A stretch of DNA of 64,000 nt. Source: a virus. Its lineage: Duplodnaviria > Caudoviricetes. Below the pieces are notes generated by a model, which did not search any database, had not been told where the DNA came from, and worked only from the letters and a program-made list of their open reading frames with translations. Below are positions 10,247 through 19,944 of the stretch, one piece after another. The position numbers were made by a program, and so were the translations under genes. Location: positions 74,881 to 138,880 of IMG/VR virus record IMGVR_UViG_2756170199_000003; one strand, given 5' to 3'. Position 1 is the first letter of the stretch, and the number at the start of each line of letters is the position of its first letter.

Positions 10247-12754
10247 ATGGCGGACTTGCTGAACGCATTGCAATCGATACCTGGCCGGCAGGCGTACTTT
10301 CTCGAAGTGCCCGGTACGGCAGCTGCCGCGGCGTTGTCCGTGGTGTCGTTCGATGCGACCGAAACGATGGGCTCGCCCATTGAGGTGAGCATCGAACTCA
10401 CCCATCCCCTGCAGCTCGCACGCGCGGACTTCCTGAACCGCGACGCCACATTCTCGATCGTGCCCGACGACGGTGTGCCGAAGAAGTTTTCGGGATACAT
10501 CGAGCGCTTCTCGACGATCAAGACCACGAAGGACTTCACCCGGTACCGTCTGGTCCTGAAGTCACATTTCGGGCGCCTGCAGGCGGTTACCAACACGCAG
10601 GTTTTCCAGCACCTCACCACCCCGCAGATCATCCGGCAGATCCTGAGCTCACACGGTATCAGGGATCACCAGATGTCCTTCCGGCTGCGCGGCAAATACC
10701 CCAAGCATCTGTGGCGTTTCCAGCACCAGATGACAGATTTTTCCTATGTGCACATGCTCATGGAAAAGGCTGGCATTTACTGCTTCGTCGTCGAGACCGA
10801 ATACGGTGACCAGATTGTTTTTGGTGACGACATCGACCACTACATCTACGACCCCCGTCTCATCGTCCCCTATCGCGAAGCAGCCGGCCTTGAAGCCGGT
10901 GGTAGTGAGGCGATAACGTCGATCAGAACACATAGCGTGACGGTGCCGCAGTCCATCGTCGTCGCTGACTACAACCCGGATCAGGCGTGGGAGCGTTTTC
11001 GAGATGAGGCCAACCTCGCCCCGCAGGACGAAACCACCTACGGCCAGACCTACATCTACGGCACCAACCACCTCGATCAGGACGGCGCCAAGTGGGAAGC
11101 ACAGCTGCGACATGAGGCGGCCCTCGCCCGCCAGGTGATCTACGAGGGTGAGAGCAATGTGCTAGCGCTTCAGTGTGCTCGTGTACTCGAAACAGACATC
11201 GCGCTACCCGACGCCCCGAAGGGCCAGGTGGTCATCGAAGTCAAGCACAGTGGCGCGCGCGACAAGGGCTATTCGAACACGTACAGGGCGATTCCTGCGG
11301 ACCGGCGCTTCCGGCTCCAGCTCGAGCCTTCGAATTGGGCAAAAATCCCGGGGACGCTTTCGGCACGAATTTGCAGTCCCGATAAATATTCCTTTGGCTA
11401 CCTCAATTCCGTTGGCTACTACGTCGTCAGACTCGATGCCGATTTTGGTACCTGGTCGAAGGGTGGCGAGAGCGTGCCGTTGCGTCTCGCAAAACCCTTC
11501 GCCGGCAAACTGCAGACCGGCATGCACTTCGTCGCGCTGGATAACGACGAGGCAAAGATCTCCTTCAGGGATGGGGACCCGGACAAGCCAGAAATCAGCG
11601 GCTTCCACCACCATAGCCAGGCCCGCGATCTGGTGACGAATGACCGCCGCTGGCTGTCCCGCAACATGATCCGTACGCAGAAGAACAACAAGCTGCGTAT
11701 GGAGGACTGGAACGGACAGGAAGGCATCAAGCTTAGCACGGACCACTCGGGCAAGTCACAGCTCAATCTCGGCTACCTCGTCAATGGCAAGCTTGAATAC
11801 CGCGGCGAGGGGCATGAGCTCCGCACATCGGGATGGGGGGTACTGCGCGCCGGCAAGGGCGTGATGGTGACCAGCTATGACCGCCCAGGCGCCACTGGCG
11901 CACAGCGCGACATGCAGGAGACGATGGCGCAACTGGACAGCGCGCTGGAGCTCGCCAAAGCGCTCGCGGCATCCGCCACCAGCGCCAAGGCGGAACCTGC
12001 CGACACCAACGCGCAGCAGCAGGTGAAGGATGATCTGGATAACCTGAAGAAGCCAGGCTTGCTGATGAGCACGCCAGCCTCCGCTGCATTGGTAGCGGCC
12101 GGTGGCATCCAGTTCTCGGCGGAAGACAACATCACTGGCGTAGCCGGCAGGAATGCTGACTTCAGTGTCATGAAACGCTTTACCGCCGCGGTCGGCGAGA
12201 AGATTTCGCTGTTCGCGCAGAAGTTCGGCATCAAGATCTTCGCAGCCAAAGGCCCCGTTGATTTCCAGGCACAGGGCGGGCCGATGTCGCTTACCGCGGC
12301 CAAGGACGTCAACGTCGGCAGCGTCAATGGCAAGGTCAATCTCGCGGCGGCCAAGGAAATCATCCTCGAATGCGGAGGTGCGTTCGTCCAGATCAAGGAC
12401 GGCAGCATCACGCTCGGCGGTCCGGGCGATCTGTTCTTCAAAACGATCACCGTACAGAAGAAAAGCAAAGCGTCGCAAACGCCAGCTTTCCCTGTCCTGC
12501 CCGATGGCAATATCTACGAGCAGGACTTCAAACTCGTCAATCACGCGGACGGCACCTTACTCCGGAACGCAGCATACAAGATCACGTCCGAAAGCGGCAC
12601 CCAGTTCGCAGGCGTCGCTTCGGACAACGCAATCACACGTCTTGCTGTGACCAGTCCCGCCGAGAAACTCACGGTCAAACTGAATTCCGAAGATGCCGAC
12701 ACCTATCACCAGCATCTCCGCGATGCGTGGGGCAACCCCGCATCCAACGATTGA
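10247..12754 (+). CDS. vgrG: Type VI secretion spike protein VgrG (DUF2345-type C-terminal region)
   Basis: gp27-like N-terminal hub, gp5 OB-fold (LRLAKPFAG..GMHF, GDPDKP), NNKLRMED, LNLGYLV, GHELRT, IILECGGAFVQIKDGSITLGGPG, and a short C-terminal extension. Confidence 0.95.
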   Translation: MADLLNALQSIPGRQAYFLEVPGTAAAAALSVVSFDATETMGSPIEVSIELTHPLQLARADFLNRDATFSIVPDDGVPKKFSGYIERFSTIKTTKDFTRYRLVLKSHFGRLQAVTNTQVFQHLTTPQIIRQILSSHGIRDHQMSFRLRGKYPKHLWRFQHQMTDFSYVHMLMEKAGIYCFVVETEYGDQIVFGDDIDHYIYDPRLIVPYREAAGLEAGGSEAITSIRTHSVTVPQSIVVADYNPDQAWERFRDEANLAPQDETTYGQTYIYGTNHLDQDGAKWEAQLRHEAALARQVIYEGESNVLALQCARVLETDIALPDAPKGQVVIEVKHSGARDKGYSNTYRAIPADRRFRLQLEPSNWAKIPGTLSARICSPDKYSFGYLNSVGYYVVRLDADFGTWSKGGESVPLRLAKPFAGKLQTGMHFVALDNDEAKISFRDGDPDKPEISGFHHHSQARDLVTNDRRWLSRNMIRTQKNNKLRMEDWNGQEGIKLSTDHSGKSQLNLGYLVNGKLEYRGEGHELRTSGWGVLRAGKGVMVTSYDRPGATGAQRDMQETMAQLDSALELAKALAASATSAKAEPADTNAQQQVKDDLDNLKKPGLLMSTPASAALVAAGGIQFSAEDNITGVAGRNADFSVMKRFTAAVGEKISLFAQKFGIKIFAAKGPVDFQAQGGPMSLTAAKDVNVGSVNGKVNLAAAKEIILECGGAFVQIKDGSITLGGPGDLFFKTITVQKKSKASQTPAFPVLPDGNIYEQDFKLVNHADGTLLRNAAYKITSESGTQFAGVASDNAITRLAVTSPAEKLTVKLNSEDADTYHQHLRDAWGNPASND

Positions 12755-12799
12755 CCGCGTATTTCTGAAAGCATTCCAGTAACCAAAGGTTCCGAGAAT

Positions 12800-13771
12800 A
12801 TGGGCAAACGCATTCCACAAGAAGCAGAAGATCCAGCCTACGAAAGTGACCAAACACGGCCTCAGGCAACCACGCCTGTCGCCAATCTTGCGGAGCCGAT
12901 CTCCAAGGGATACCTCTGCAAAAAGTGCTGCGCCGCACTTAACAAACCGCGTCGAAACCGGTTGAACCACCCGATGTACCAGCGCACCGTGACTCGCTCG
13001 ATCTGGGAAGACAACGTCGAAAAGCGACAGTATTTTCGCTATAAGGGCGAGGTCGGCTATGACATGACGAAAAAGCCACCGGCTCCGATCATGTCGGCCA
13101 AGAAAAAGGAAGAAAACCGCCCCAGCGAGTTTCCGTTAGCTGGAATCTGGCGCATAAAGCGCGAACTCCAAGCGGTGGTCGAAACTGCTGGAGAGGCCGC
13201 GGGAGACCTGATAACACGAAACGAGCTCGAAGCGCTTGGCGGTTCGGTATTGCGCATCCCAGACGTCATTGTCCTTCATTGTGATAGTGATCTTCTCAAA
13301 CAACTCGAATCCCAAACGGCCGATATCAAACGCTTCATTCCAGAACAGAAGAATATTGAGCGGATCGTTGAGGTTAAGTTCTTCGACGATACCCTCTCGG
13401 AATATCAAGGTCGCGCGTATAGTCAGATTGCAGGGCCAGCCGAATTCAACCTCCTTGAACCGACGAACCCAGATCCAGATTGCGGTTGCGGATGTCAGAA
13501 GGACGAAAAAAAACAGAAGACAGAGCAAAAGCAAACCTCTCGATCGTCTGCTTCTCAGCGTCCGCCAATTCCGTTCATTCCGCCTGTTACACCGCCGCGC
13601 GGCGGGAAAGATGAGGACCGTCTTATCGTTGACCCAGTCGCTTCGAGTTCATACGACGGCGAGCAATCATTGAGCGATGTATTACCCCGCACACCAACGA
13701 GCAACTTGTCAGGCTCCTCAGTGATACTGCTCGACGTGCTGCTTATACTCGCTGCGGCCGCAGCCCTTTAA
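12800..13771 (+). CDS. T6SS nuclease effector, VRR-NUC / PD-(D/E)XK (TseV-like)
   Basis: YKGEVGYDM, RIPDVIV and IVEVKF motifs. Sits between vgrG and a DUF3396-like gene. Lower GC than flanks. Confidence 0.75.
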   Translation: MGKRIPQEAEDPAYESDQTRPQATTPVANLAEPISKGYLCKKCCAALNKPRRNRLNHPMYQRTVTRSIWEDNVEKRQYFRYKGEVGYDMTKKPPAPIMSAKKKEENRPSEFPLAGIWRIKRELQAVVETAGEAAGDLITRNELEALGGSVLRIPDVIVLHCDSDLLKQLESQTADIKRFIPEQKNIERIVEVKFFDDTLSEYQGRAYSQIAGPAEFNLLEPTNPDPDCGCGCQKDEKKQKTEQKQTSRSSASQRPPIPFIPPVTPPRGGKDEDRLIVDPVASSSYDGEQSLSDVLPRTPTSNLSGSSVILLDVLLILAAAAAL

Positions 13772-13788
13772 CTGATCCAGACTCCGAA

Positions 13789-14808
13789 ATGACATCTGAC
13801 GAACTCGACGACTACGTTTACGACTGCGACCGCACAGCCCCTGACAGCCCTGAAGGAGCTGACTTCCGATACGTGGTGAAACTCGTACTTCGCGCCACGT
13901 TATTTTTTCGCGCAGGACACACGCAGGAAATTCGCCAGGGACTGAAGGCCTGCTTCGACGAGTATTTTCTGGCATTCGGCAAGAATCTGCATTGGGGATG
14001 GGAACCCCAACCATCCGGAAAGCCGACGCCTCGAATCTTCGATCAAAATCTTATCGATGCTACTCGTAGTGCCTTCGACAACACGAAAGAAGGTAGCAAC
14101 ATTGAACTCGCTTTCATGAGCGGATTTAACCAATACTACGTTGGCGATTATGGAATCAAGTGTCTGACCATGCCAAACTGGGAAGACTCAATGGGTTACG
14201 ATTCCTATTTCAGCTTCTGGTTGCCTTGTGATACTTATCATGAAGGCCGATGGGATGGTGGCAATTTCCCTGCCCATGAATTCCTGCTTGCGTGCTGCAA
14301 ACGTCTTAAAGCTTCACAAGGCTACGCTGGATTCGCTCTTGCGCTGCCGCACGAATATGCCAAATGGGAACCCTACGAACTGAAGTTGGCCCAAAAATAC
14401 TACGGACTGGAGATCGACAAGGCAGCGGCAACATCACTCATGATCGACGAGTGGCGCGGAGTCAAGGACGTCAACTGGTACACCATCCTTGGCGAACCCT
14501 ATGTTGAAAAATTAGGCGGCAACCACGCCATCCGCGCAAAGCTTGCAGCCCCCAACTTTCAGCTTTACGACTTTGGCGCAGGGATTACCATCCGGGCAGG
14601 CGCTGAACCTGAAATGGCTCCAGTAAGCAATGGTCTGCCATCTGCATATGTAGCAGTCAATGACGTCATTCGACCAATCAGGACGACACAAATCCGATCG
14701 ATGGGTCTTGGCTCAAACGCAGGCGAATTGCGCTTCAATATCCGACTGACTGACCTGTGGATGAGACGGTTTGATGCGCCGGGGATTTGGCCGCCGGCAC
14801 ATCCATAA
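13789..14808 (+). CDS. Cognate immunity protein, DUF3396 (TsiV-like)
   Basis: GYAGFAL, KYYGLEID, VKDVNWYTILG..YVEKLGG, IRAGAEP, WMRRFD pattern typical of DUF3396. Immediately downstream of the effector. Confidence 0.8.
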   Translation: MTSDELDDYVYDCDRTAPDSPEGADFRYVVKLVLRATLFFRAGHTQEIRQGLKACFDEYFLAFGKNLHWGWEPQPSGKPTPRIFDQNLIDATRSAFDNTKEGSNIELAFMSGFNQYYVGDYGIKCLTMPNWEDSMGYDSYFSFWLPCDTYHEGRWDGGNFPAHEFLLACCKRLKASQGYAGFALALPHEYAKWEPYELKLAQKYYGLEIDKAAATSLMIDEWRGVKDVNWYTILGEPYVEKLGGNHAIRAKLAAPNFQLYDFGAGITIRAGAEPEMAPVSNGLPSAYVAVNDVIRPIRTTQIRSMGLGSNAGELRFNIRLTDLWMRRFDAPGIWPPAHP

Positions 14809-14906
14809 CACGGCCAATCGTGTTCGATTAACAGCGGCAGGCCCCCGTCCCGTATATCGCAACGGTTTGCGACGACGGTGGCCTGACCGCATCGAATGAG
14901 GTTTGC

Positions 14907-15539
14907 GTGACAAGTAATGAACGTACGGCTCACCGCCGTGTACTGCCATTTTTCTGCTCACCGCCGGCATGGGTTCTGATTCGCGTCGATGTGCCGGGAC
15001 TCTCCATTGTGAGAGAACGCACCGAGCATGGTGGAGCGGTGCTGTGCTTCCTGTCGCTACTCGACGCGATGATCGAGGTCGTCCATGCCGCACGCGTTGG
15101 CAGGGAGTTGCGTATCCTTCGCGCATCAGATGTCGATTTCAGTCTGTTCCGGGACCTCGACGGACAAGGACTGCTCGCGAGCCTGCATAGTGCATGGCTC
15201 GCATCGGGTCCGAAGATCCTTGCCCGACCATCTGGCGTCTTGGCTAGGTTCACAACGGACCTACATGAATGGGCCGGCGATCCGGTTTTCTTCGAAGTTC
15301 AGTCGGACACGCTTGGCTTGTTCAACGACACCTATGAACTGGCAGGTCTTTTCGCCTGGCGCGAGACCAATCAAATCGTACAGCGATGGGACGAGGCACG
15401 CCTTCGCGACGCCGCGAAAAGAGCGCTCAATGCGGTTGAGGTGACAGGCGGTCAAGCGGAGGACTGCAACGGCTTGGCCCTGTTCAATCCTGAGTCAATG
15501 GAATGGCACTTCGTGCCGCCCAGAGAGCAGGAATCGTGA
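14907..15539 (+). CDS. Hypothetical protein
   Basis: 210 aa ORF with no recognised motif. Start uncertain. Confidence 0.5.
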   Translation: MTSNERTAHRRVLPFFCSPPAWVLIRVDVPGLSIVRERTEHGGAVLCFLSLLDAMIEVVHAARVGRELRILRASDVDFSLFRDLDGQGLLASLHSAWLASGPKILARPSGVLARFTTDLHEWAGDPVFFEVQSDTLGLFNDTYELAGLFAWRETNQIVQRWDEARLRDAAKRALNAVEVTGGQAEDCNGLALFNPESMEWHFVPPREQES

Positions 15540-15677
15540 GCAGCAACACCTTTGTCCAGCCTGGTCGTGGATTCGTCGGCCGGTCCATCAATCGCGTGGT
15601 CGCGCTGCACACTGCTTCAGAACGTGCTCCGGTTGATCTTTGCCCGGCTGCCTATCATGCAGCCGGATAGCGTCGTC

Positions 15678-16907
15678 TCATGTCCCTGAGTAGTGCCGCA
15701 TGGTCATCGTACGGATTACGATGTAGAGAAGGATCGCTGTGCGTACCGATGCAATCACGCTGTCGTTCCGGTTTCCCGTGGCCTTCTTCACGCACCACTC
15801 GGCTTTATCCCTGAGCGAAAAGAGCGCAGGATCGATGCTGCGCGACGAAGTATAGACCCCACGCAGCCTGGCAAGGAGCGTCGGCAGATCCACGTGGTTG
15901 CGCACCATGGTGCGCTCTTCAGCAAGATAGTCGAAGCTGTGAATGAGCGTTTCGTCGAGCAGATCGCCGATGCGCTTCGCAGCTGAGTGCTGGTAGCTGT
16001 CCGAAATCCATTCGAGTGTCTGCCGGAAGAGGCGTGGCGGTGTCGTGTACATCAGCTTGCAGATCAGCTCGAACAGCTCTTCCTTGATGAACGAGTGCCG
16101 GTCGGTGACGATCGAGTGCAGGTACCGCGTGTACGCAATCAGGTTGCGGTTACGATCCTTGAGCACCACGTTACCATCGTAGTCGACGAGCGACGAGCTC
16201 GACTGGATGCGCATACCCTGATGATGGACCTGCAGGAACACGTCGTAAATGTTCTTGAGCATGTCGCGGATGCGGCTTTGCGTATCGTTGAGCAGGTAGA
16301 TCACCTCGAGGTCGTTGTCCATCCGGGAGATGGTCTTGAAATGCAGGCCCTGGGGGGAGATGAGGTCGCGCGTACGCTGCTCCAGCACGGCGTTCCACGT
16401 GCCAAACTGCTTGATCGCGAATTTACCGGACAGCAGCGCGTAGGTGGCCTCCGCTGTGGCCCGGTCGGCGGGATAGCGGAAGTGGCGAAAGAGGCGGGAG
16501 GTCAGAAACTTGTACTGGAGCACGAGCGCAACGTCCATCATGGTTGTCTGCTTCGCGGCGTCGTTGAGTTTCGGGCTCACGTAAAGCGCGTGCAGCAGCC
16601 ATGCGCACGAGAGATTCATCGTGTCACTGGAGACCTTGAAGGTGGGATTGACGGTAGGTAGCGCGACGAGCTCCTGGGCAAGCACACCCTCTTCGACTTT
16701 CAGGATCTCCTCGAACCACCGGTCACGGTCGTCGTCGGTGAAGCGCACCACCTCCACGCCCGTGAGATTGCCGCCAAAGAACTTGATGTGATCGGGGTTC
16801 TTGAAAACAAAGGCGTGACGGTACTGGCTTACCCTGCGGGCGAATGCTGCATCCATCGCGAGGTCGTGGCAAGCCTCGAGGAACACGCCCTCGATGTTTT
16901 TCGCCAT
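15678..16907 (-). CDS. Conserved phiKZ-like jumbo phage protein (probable virion protein)
   Basis: ~410 aa. KNPDHIKFFGGNLTGV and LRGVYTSSRS motifs recalled from phiKZ-related phages. AGGA RBS. Confidence 0.6.
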   Translation of the reverse strand: MAKNIEGVFLEACHDLAMDAAFARRVSQYRHAFVFKNPDHIKFFGGNLTGVEVVRFTDDDRDRWFEEILKVEEGVLAQELVALPTVNPTFKVSSDTMNLSCAWLLHALYVSPKLNDAAKQTTMMDVALVLQYKFLTSRLFRHFRYPADRATAEATYALLSGKFAIKQFGTWNAVLEQRTRDLISPQGLHFKTISRMDNDLEVIYLLNDTQSRIRDMLKNIYDVFLQVHHQGMRIQSSSSLVDYDGNVVLKDRNRNLIAYTRYLHSIVTDRHSFIKEELFELICKLMYTTPPRLFRQTLEWISDSYQHSAAKRIGDLLDETLIHSFDYLAEERTMVRNHVDLPTLLARLRGVYTSSRSIDPALFSLRDKAEWCVKKATGNRNDSVIASVRTAILLYIVIRTMTMRHYSGT

Positions 16908-16970
16908 GGCCAATTCCTGAAATCCGATGAAAAGCCGCTGAGGAGCCGCCGGCAGCGTCCGGGTGCGGCT

Positions 16971-17675
16971 CTATGCGCGCCGGCGCGCGACCCAGTCCTT
17001 TGCAAATGCCTCAAGCGAGGGAAACACCCTCGATCCGTAGGCATGCACCAGTGCCTCGAGCGCCTGTGCGAGTTCGACCACGCGCGGCTCGGGATTGCTG
17101 CTGTCGCTGCCGTTGACTGAGGGTTGGGTGGCATCCATGACGACCACGTAGTTATCCGGGCCACTACCATGCTGACCGAGTTCGGCCAGATCCTGACTCA
17201 CTTCGACAATGTGCTCGGGCTTGACGTCGGTCGCCGAAACGCCATAGACGGTAGTCGCACCAGCGCCTGGCGTCGTGTCGGCGCTGGCGAGTTCCACGTT
17301 GTTGATGAGTTGGGCAAGCGCGAGGGCGTCATTAGCCTGCGATTCGAGCGCCTGCGATTCGAGCGCCTGCGACTGGCCGCCCGGTCGACCGCCGGAATCG
17401 AGCAGGGCTTTTGACGTTTCCGGTGCGCCATCCTGCGCGCTGCCATGCCCATCCCGGCTGCCCGCGGCAGCGTCAGACTCCGTGGCACCCGGTGAGGCGA
17501 CCGCAGTTGCCTCATCCGTGGCTTCGCCCGTCGAAGACTCGGGACGCGCATAGACCTCGTTGAGCGCCTGCGAAAAGACTTCCGAGAGCGGCCCCTTGAT
17601 CTCAATGAGTTCCTTGCTGTCATCCCCGGCAGAGTCCAGTTGCCCTTCGAGCGCTGCCCTGAGCAATGAAGCCAT
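16971..17675 (-). CDS. Probable internal head protein with multiple A/S-x-E protease sites
   Basis: GGAG RBS before ATG 17675 (MASLLRAALE). Acidic low-complexity middle with repeated ALE/SLE. Confidence 0.5.
   Translation of the reverse strand: MASLLRAALEGQLDSAGDDSKELIEIKGPLSEVFSQALNEVYARPESSTGEATDEATAVASPGATESDAAAGSRDGHGSAQDGAPETSKALLDSGGRPGGQSQALESQALESQANDALALAQLINNVELASADTTPGAGATTVYGVSATDVKPEHIVEVSQDLAELGQHGSGPDNYVVVMDATQPSVNGSDSSNPEPRVVELAQALEALVHAYGSRVFPSLEAFAKDWVARRRA
17335..17372. repeat. 15-bp tandem repeat (about 2.5 copies) encoding SQALE
   Basis: GCCTGCGATTCGAGC twice plus GCCTGCGA. Confidence 0.85.
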
Positions 17676-17809
17676 GCTGCCTCCGTGTGTTTTGCCGTCA
17701 TGGCGTACACAGGATTGGCGCCGGGACGCCGCGCGCTGTCGTCTTTGCGCATTGCGTTTCCGCGCGCACACGCACGCGTATAAAGCGTATATATCGAGTA
17801 TTTCTATAA

Positions 17810-17838
17810 AGAGAAGAGATATGAAATATCTCTTCTCT
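17810..17838. repeat. Perfect 13-bp inverted repeat with 3-nt loop in an AT-rich intergenic island
   Basis: AGAGAAGAGATAT-GAA-ATATCTCTTCTCT. Confidence 0.9.
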
Positions 17839-18188
17839 ACGCTGTATACGCTCCTTATGTATACGATAAAGCGATTGCGCGGGCGCGCGTGCGGGCGCGC
17901 TGATATCCAGCATTGGTAATTTTTTACCAGAAAGAAAACGACGAAAATTCCCCGATCCGCTTATCGCCCCTGAAACGGGGCTAAGCCGATAGCGAGAATA
18001 CTGCCAGAATCAACGACAACGGGCCCACAAGCGGCTCTCGCGGCCTACGCAATACCGATACAGCCACGACTCCTCCCAGCGGCACACAGGGCGTCCCCTG
18101 ATCATGGCGGCAAGCGGGCAAGGTCGAGGGGAAAATACCCGCGCCGGCACTCCTGTGCGCATGCCCGTACCCAACTCAACCTGCGCCC

Positions 18189-18992
18189 CTAGCGCGGTCC
18201 ACCGATCTGCATGCGCAGCGCCCTCAACCATCGCTCGCCGTCGTTCATGATCGCGATCTTCGCCCACTTCTCCTTCAGGTAATCCTCGTAGTTCTGTTCC
18301 GCATCGGCGTAGCTGTCGATGATCTCCTTGATCTTGCCCAGATTCTGGCCCCCCCTCAGTTCACCGATGTCGAGCTGCACCGTGTAGGTGTTGTAGATGT
18401 AGGACTTGACCGCGTACTCGACGAGCTTGCAGAACGCGTGATAGCTGCGCAGCTGGATGTTGTTCAGGTTCTCGTCGTTGGCCACGATGCAGCGCAGGTA
18501 TGAGTTCGAGGGCACCGTCAGCACGTCGCGCACGAGCACGACGTTTTCGCCAATGAGTTCGATTCGCGCGGTTGAGGTGATCGGCACCATGCCCATCGCA
18601 TCCACCACGGCATTGCCGACCTGCAGCATCGTGTTGGCCTGGTTAAGCGCCGCGATGCCCACCGACGAAATACGCGTTGGATCGGCGAACGACACATTCA
18701 GCACCGTCAGAATGCTCCGACCATTGGTTCGTTTCTTCGGAATGCGAAACACGGTGTCAAAGGGCGTCTCCCCGCGCTGGCCACACCCGTCGAGCAGGAT
18801 CCAGACCTCCGTACCGCCCAGCAGGTTGCAGTCGATCAGCACACGCGGGCGAACCACCAGACTGATGATCTGGTCTTCGATACCTGCGGTCGTGTCCCGC
18901 CAGTATTCCTCCCGCCTGAAAAACACCACGTGCAGCACCTCTGGTGGAATCCGGTAACGCACGTCGAACACACTTTTTGCGATGGCGTTCAT
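18189..18992 (-). CDS. Conserved phiKZ-like jumbo phage protein
   Basis: Start MNAIAKS at 18992. RVLIDCNLLGG, LVEYAVKSYIYN and IIDSYADAEQNY motifs recalled from phiKZ-related phages. Confidence 0.6.
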   Translation of the reverse strand: MNAIAKSVFDVRYRIPPEVLHVVFFRREEYWRDTTAGIEDQIISLVVRPRVLIDCNLLGGTEVWILLDGCGQRGETPFDTVFRIPKKRTNGRSILTVLNVSFADPTRISSVGIAALNQANTMLQVGNAVVDAMGMVPITSTARIELIGENVVLVRDVLTVPSNSYLRCIVANDENLNNIQLRSYHAFCKLVEYAVKSYIYNTYTVQLDIGELRGGQNLGKIKEIIDSYADAEQNYEDYLKEKWAKIAIMNDGERWLRALRMQIGGPR

Positions 18993-19068
18993 AAAGGGGC
19001 CTCTTTGCCCCTGCCGCGTCCTGTGCGGATGGGCAGCGGCCCGAATCAACTTAAAGAAAAGACGGCGA

Positions 19069-19076
19069 TATATCAC
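19069..19076 (+). promoter_or_regulatory. TATATCAC putative phage early promoter
   Basis: One of five intergenic copies, about 50 nt before GGAGG-ATG 19129. Confidence 0.6.
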
Positions 19077-19128
19077 CGATGCGGAGTCGATCAGATCTCC
19101 ACAACATTTCTTTACGGAGGACCACGAC

Positions 19129-19470
19129 ATGAACCATGCGATTCAGGAAATGTTTTCCAGTTGTGTGAAGTATTTCGACGCGCTCAGCTATCTGGCCGAA
19201 CGCAATGCCTCGGTGAGTTTTGCACGGGTCAATCTGGGCGAGTACTCGGTCGTCCACCTGCGCTGCGGAAACGCCACCGTGATTTCGAGCGAGATCATTC
19301 GCGTCTTCGACCGGGAGGGTAACCCGGTGGATAAGGTCACGCTGCCCTACACGCAGCAACGTGCCTGGTACAAGCGACTCGTCGTCGAGGAAGGCTTTCC
19401 CGCTGCGAACCTGATTGAACTTCTCGATGAACGCAGTCGCGATTATTTCTGGCGGGAGCGGCTGCAGTAG
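19129..19470 (+). CDS. Hypothetical early protein
   Basis: GGAGG RBS, ATG 19129, 113 aa. Confidence 0.55.
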   Translation: MNHAIQEMFSSCVKYFDALSYLAERNASVSFARVNLGEYSVVHLRCGNATVISSEIIRVFDREGNPVDKVTLPYTQQRAWYKRLVVEEGFPAANLIELLDERSRDYFWRERLQ

Positions 19471-19587
19471 GTCAGGGAGTCGTCACACACAACAGCTACG
19501 GGATCATGGATGCTGGTTGGGCAGCATCCATGATCCCGTAGCTATTTTTCTTCGCAATCCGAACTCATACACAAGGACCAATACGCT

Positions 19588-19944
19588 ATGTTTGCCAAGA
19601 TGCTGATGGGCGCTGCCAAGGAAAACCGCCACGTTGGAGTTCCCCGTTCCATAGTCGAGGGTGAACACATCGAATTCTCGTACGACCTTCATGGACGGCC
19701 TTTCATGAAGGTCTGGCGTTTCGGGAGCTGCGAGGAGCTCCCCGTGTTCGGCGACGTCTACCTCATGTCCGGAACCGGCGAGACCATCGATCGTTTCAGC
19801 CCGCCGCTGAATTTTGTTGGTCGCGGCGCCGACGGCTGGAAAGACCGCCCCGGCGATTCAAAATCGCCTCCCGACCACACACCGCCGCCGGCGAACCTCC
19901 CATCCGTTCCACGGTTGCTTACAGGACTAACCCGTCATGTGTGA
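19588..19944 (+). CDS. Hypothetical protein
   Basis: AAGGA RBS, 118 aa. Confidence 0.5.
   Translation: MFAKMLMGAAKENRHVGVPRSIVEGEHIEFSYDLHGRPFMKVWRFGSCEELPVFGDVYLMSGTGETIDRFSPPLNFVGRGADGWKDRPGDSKSPPDHTPPPANLPSVPRLLTGLTRHV

Noticed and set aside
50-14808. Reading sheath plus VgrG as a T6SS or extracellular contractile injection system locus
   Set aside because: The sheath is phiKZ-type and linked to a terminase. No TssB/C, Hcp, TssJLM, ClpV or Afp-type genes are present.
17810-17838. Protelomerase telRL site
   Set aside because: The palindrome is short with a 3-nt spacer, and no protelomerase gene is in the window. Retained only as an unexplained hairpin.
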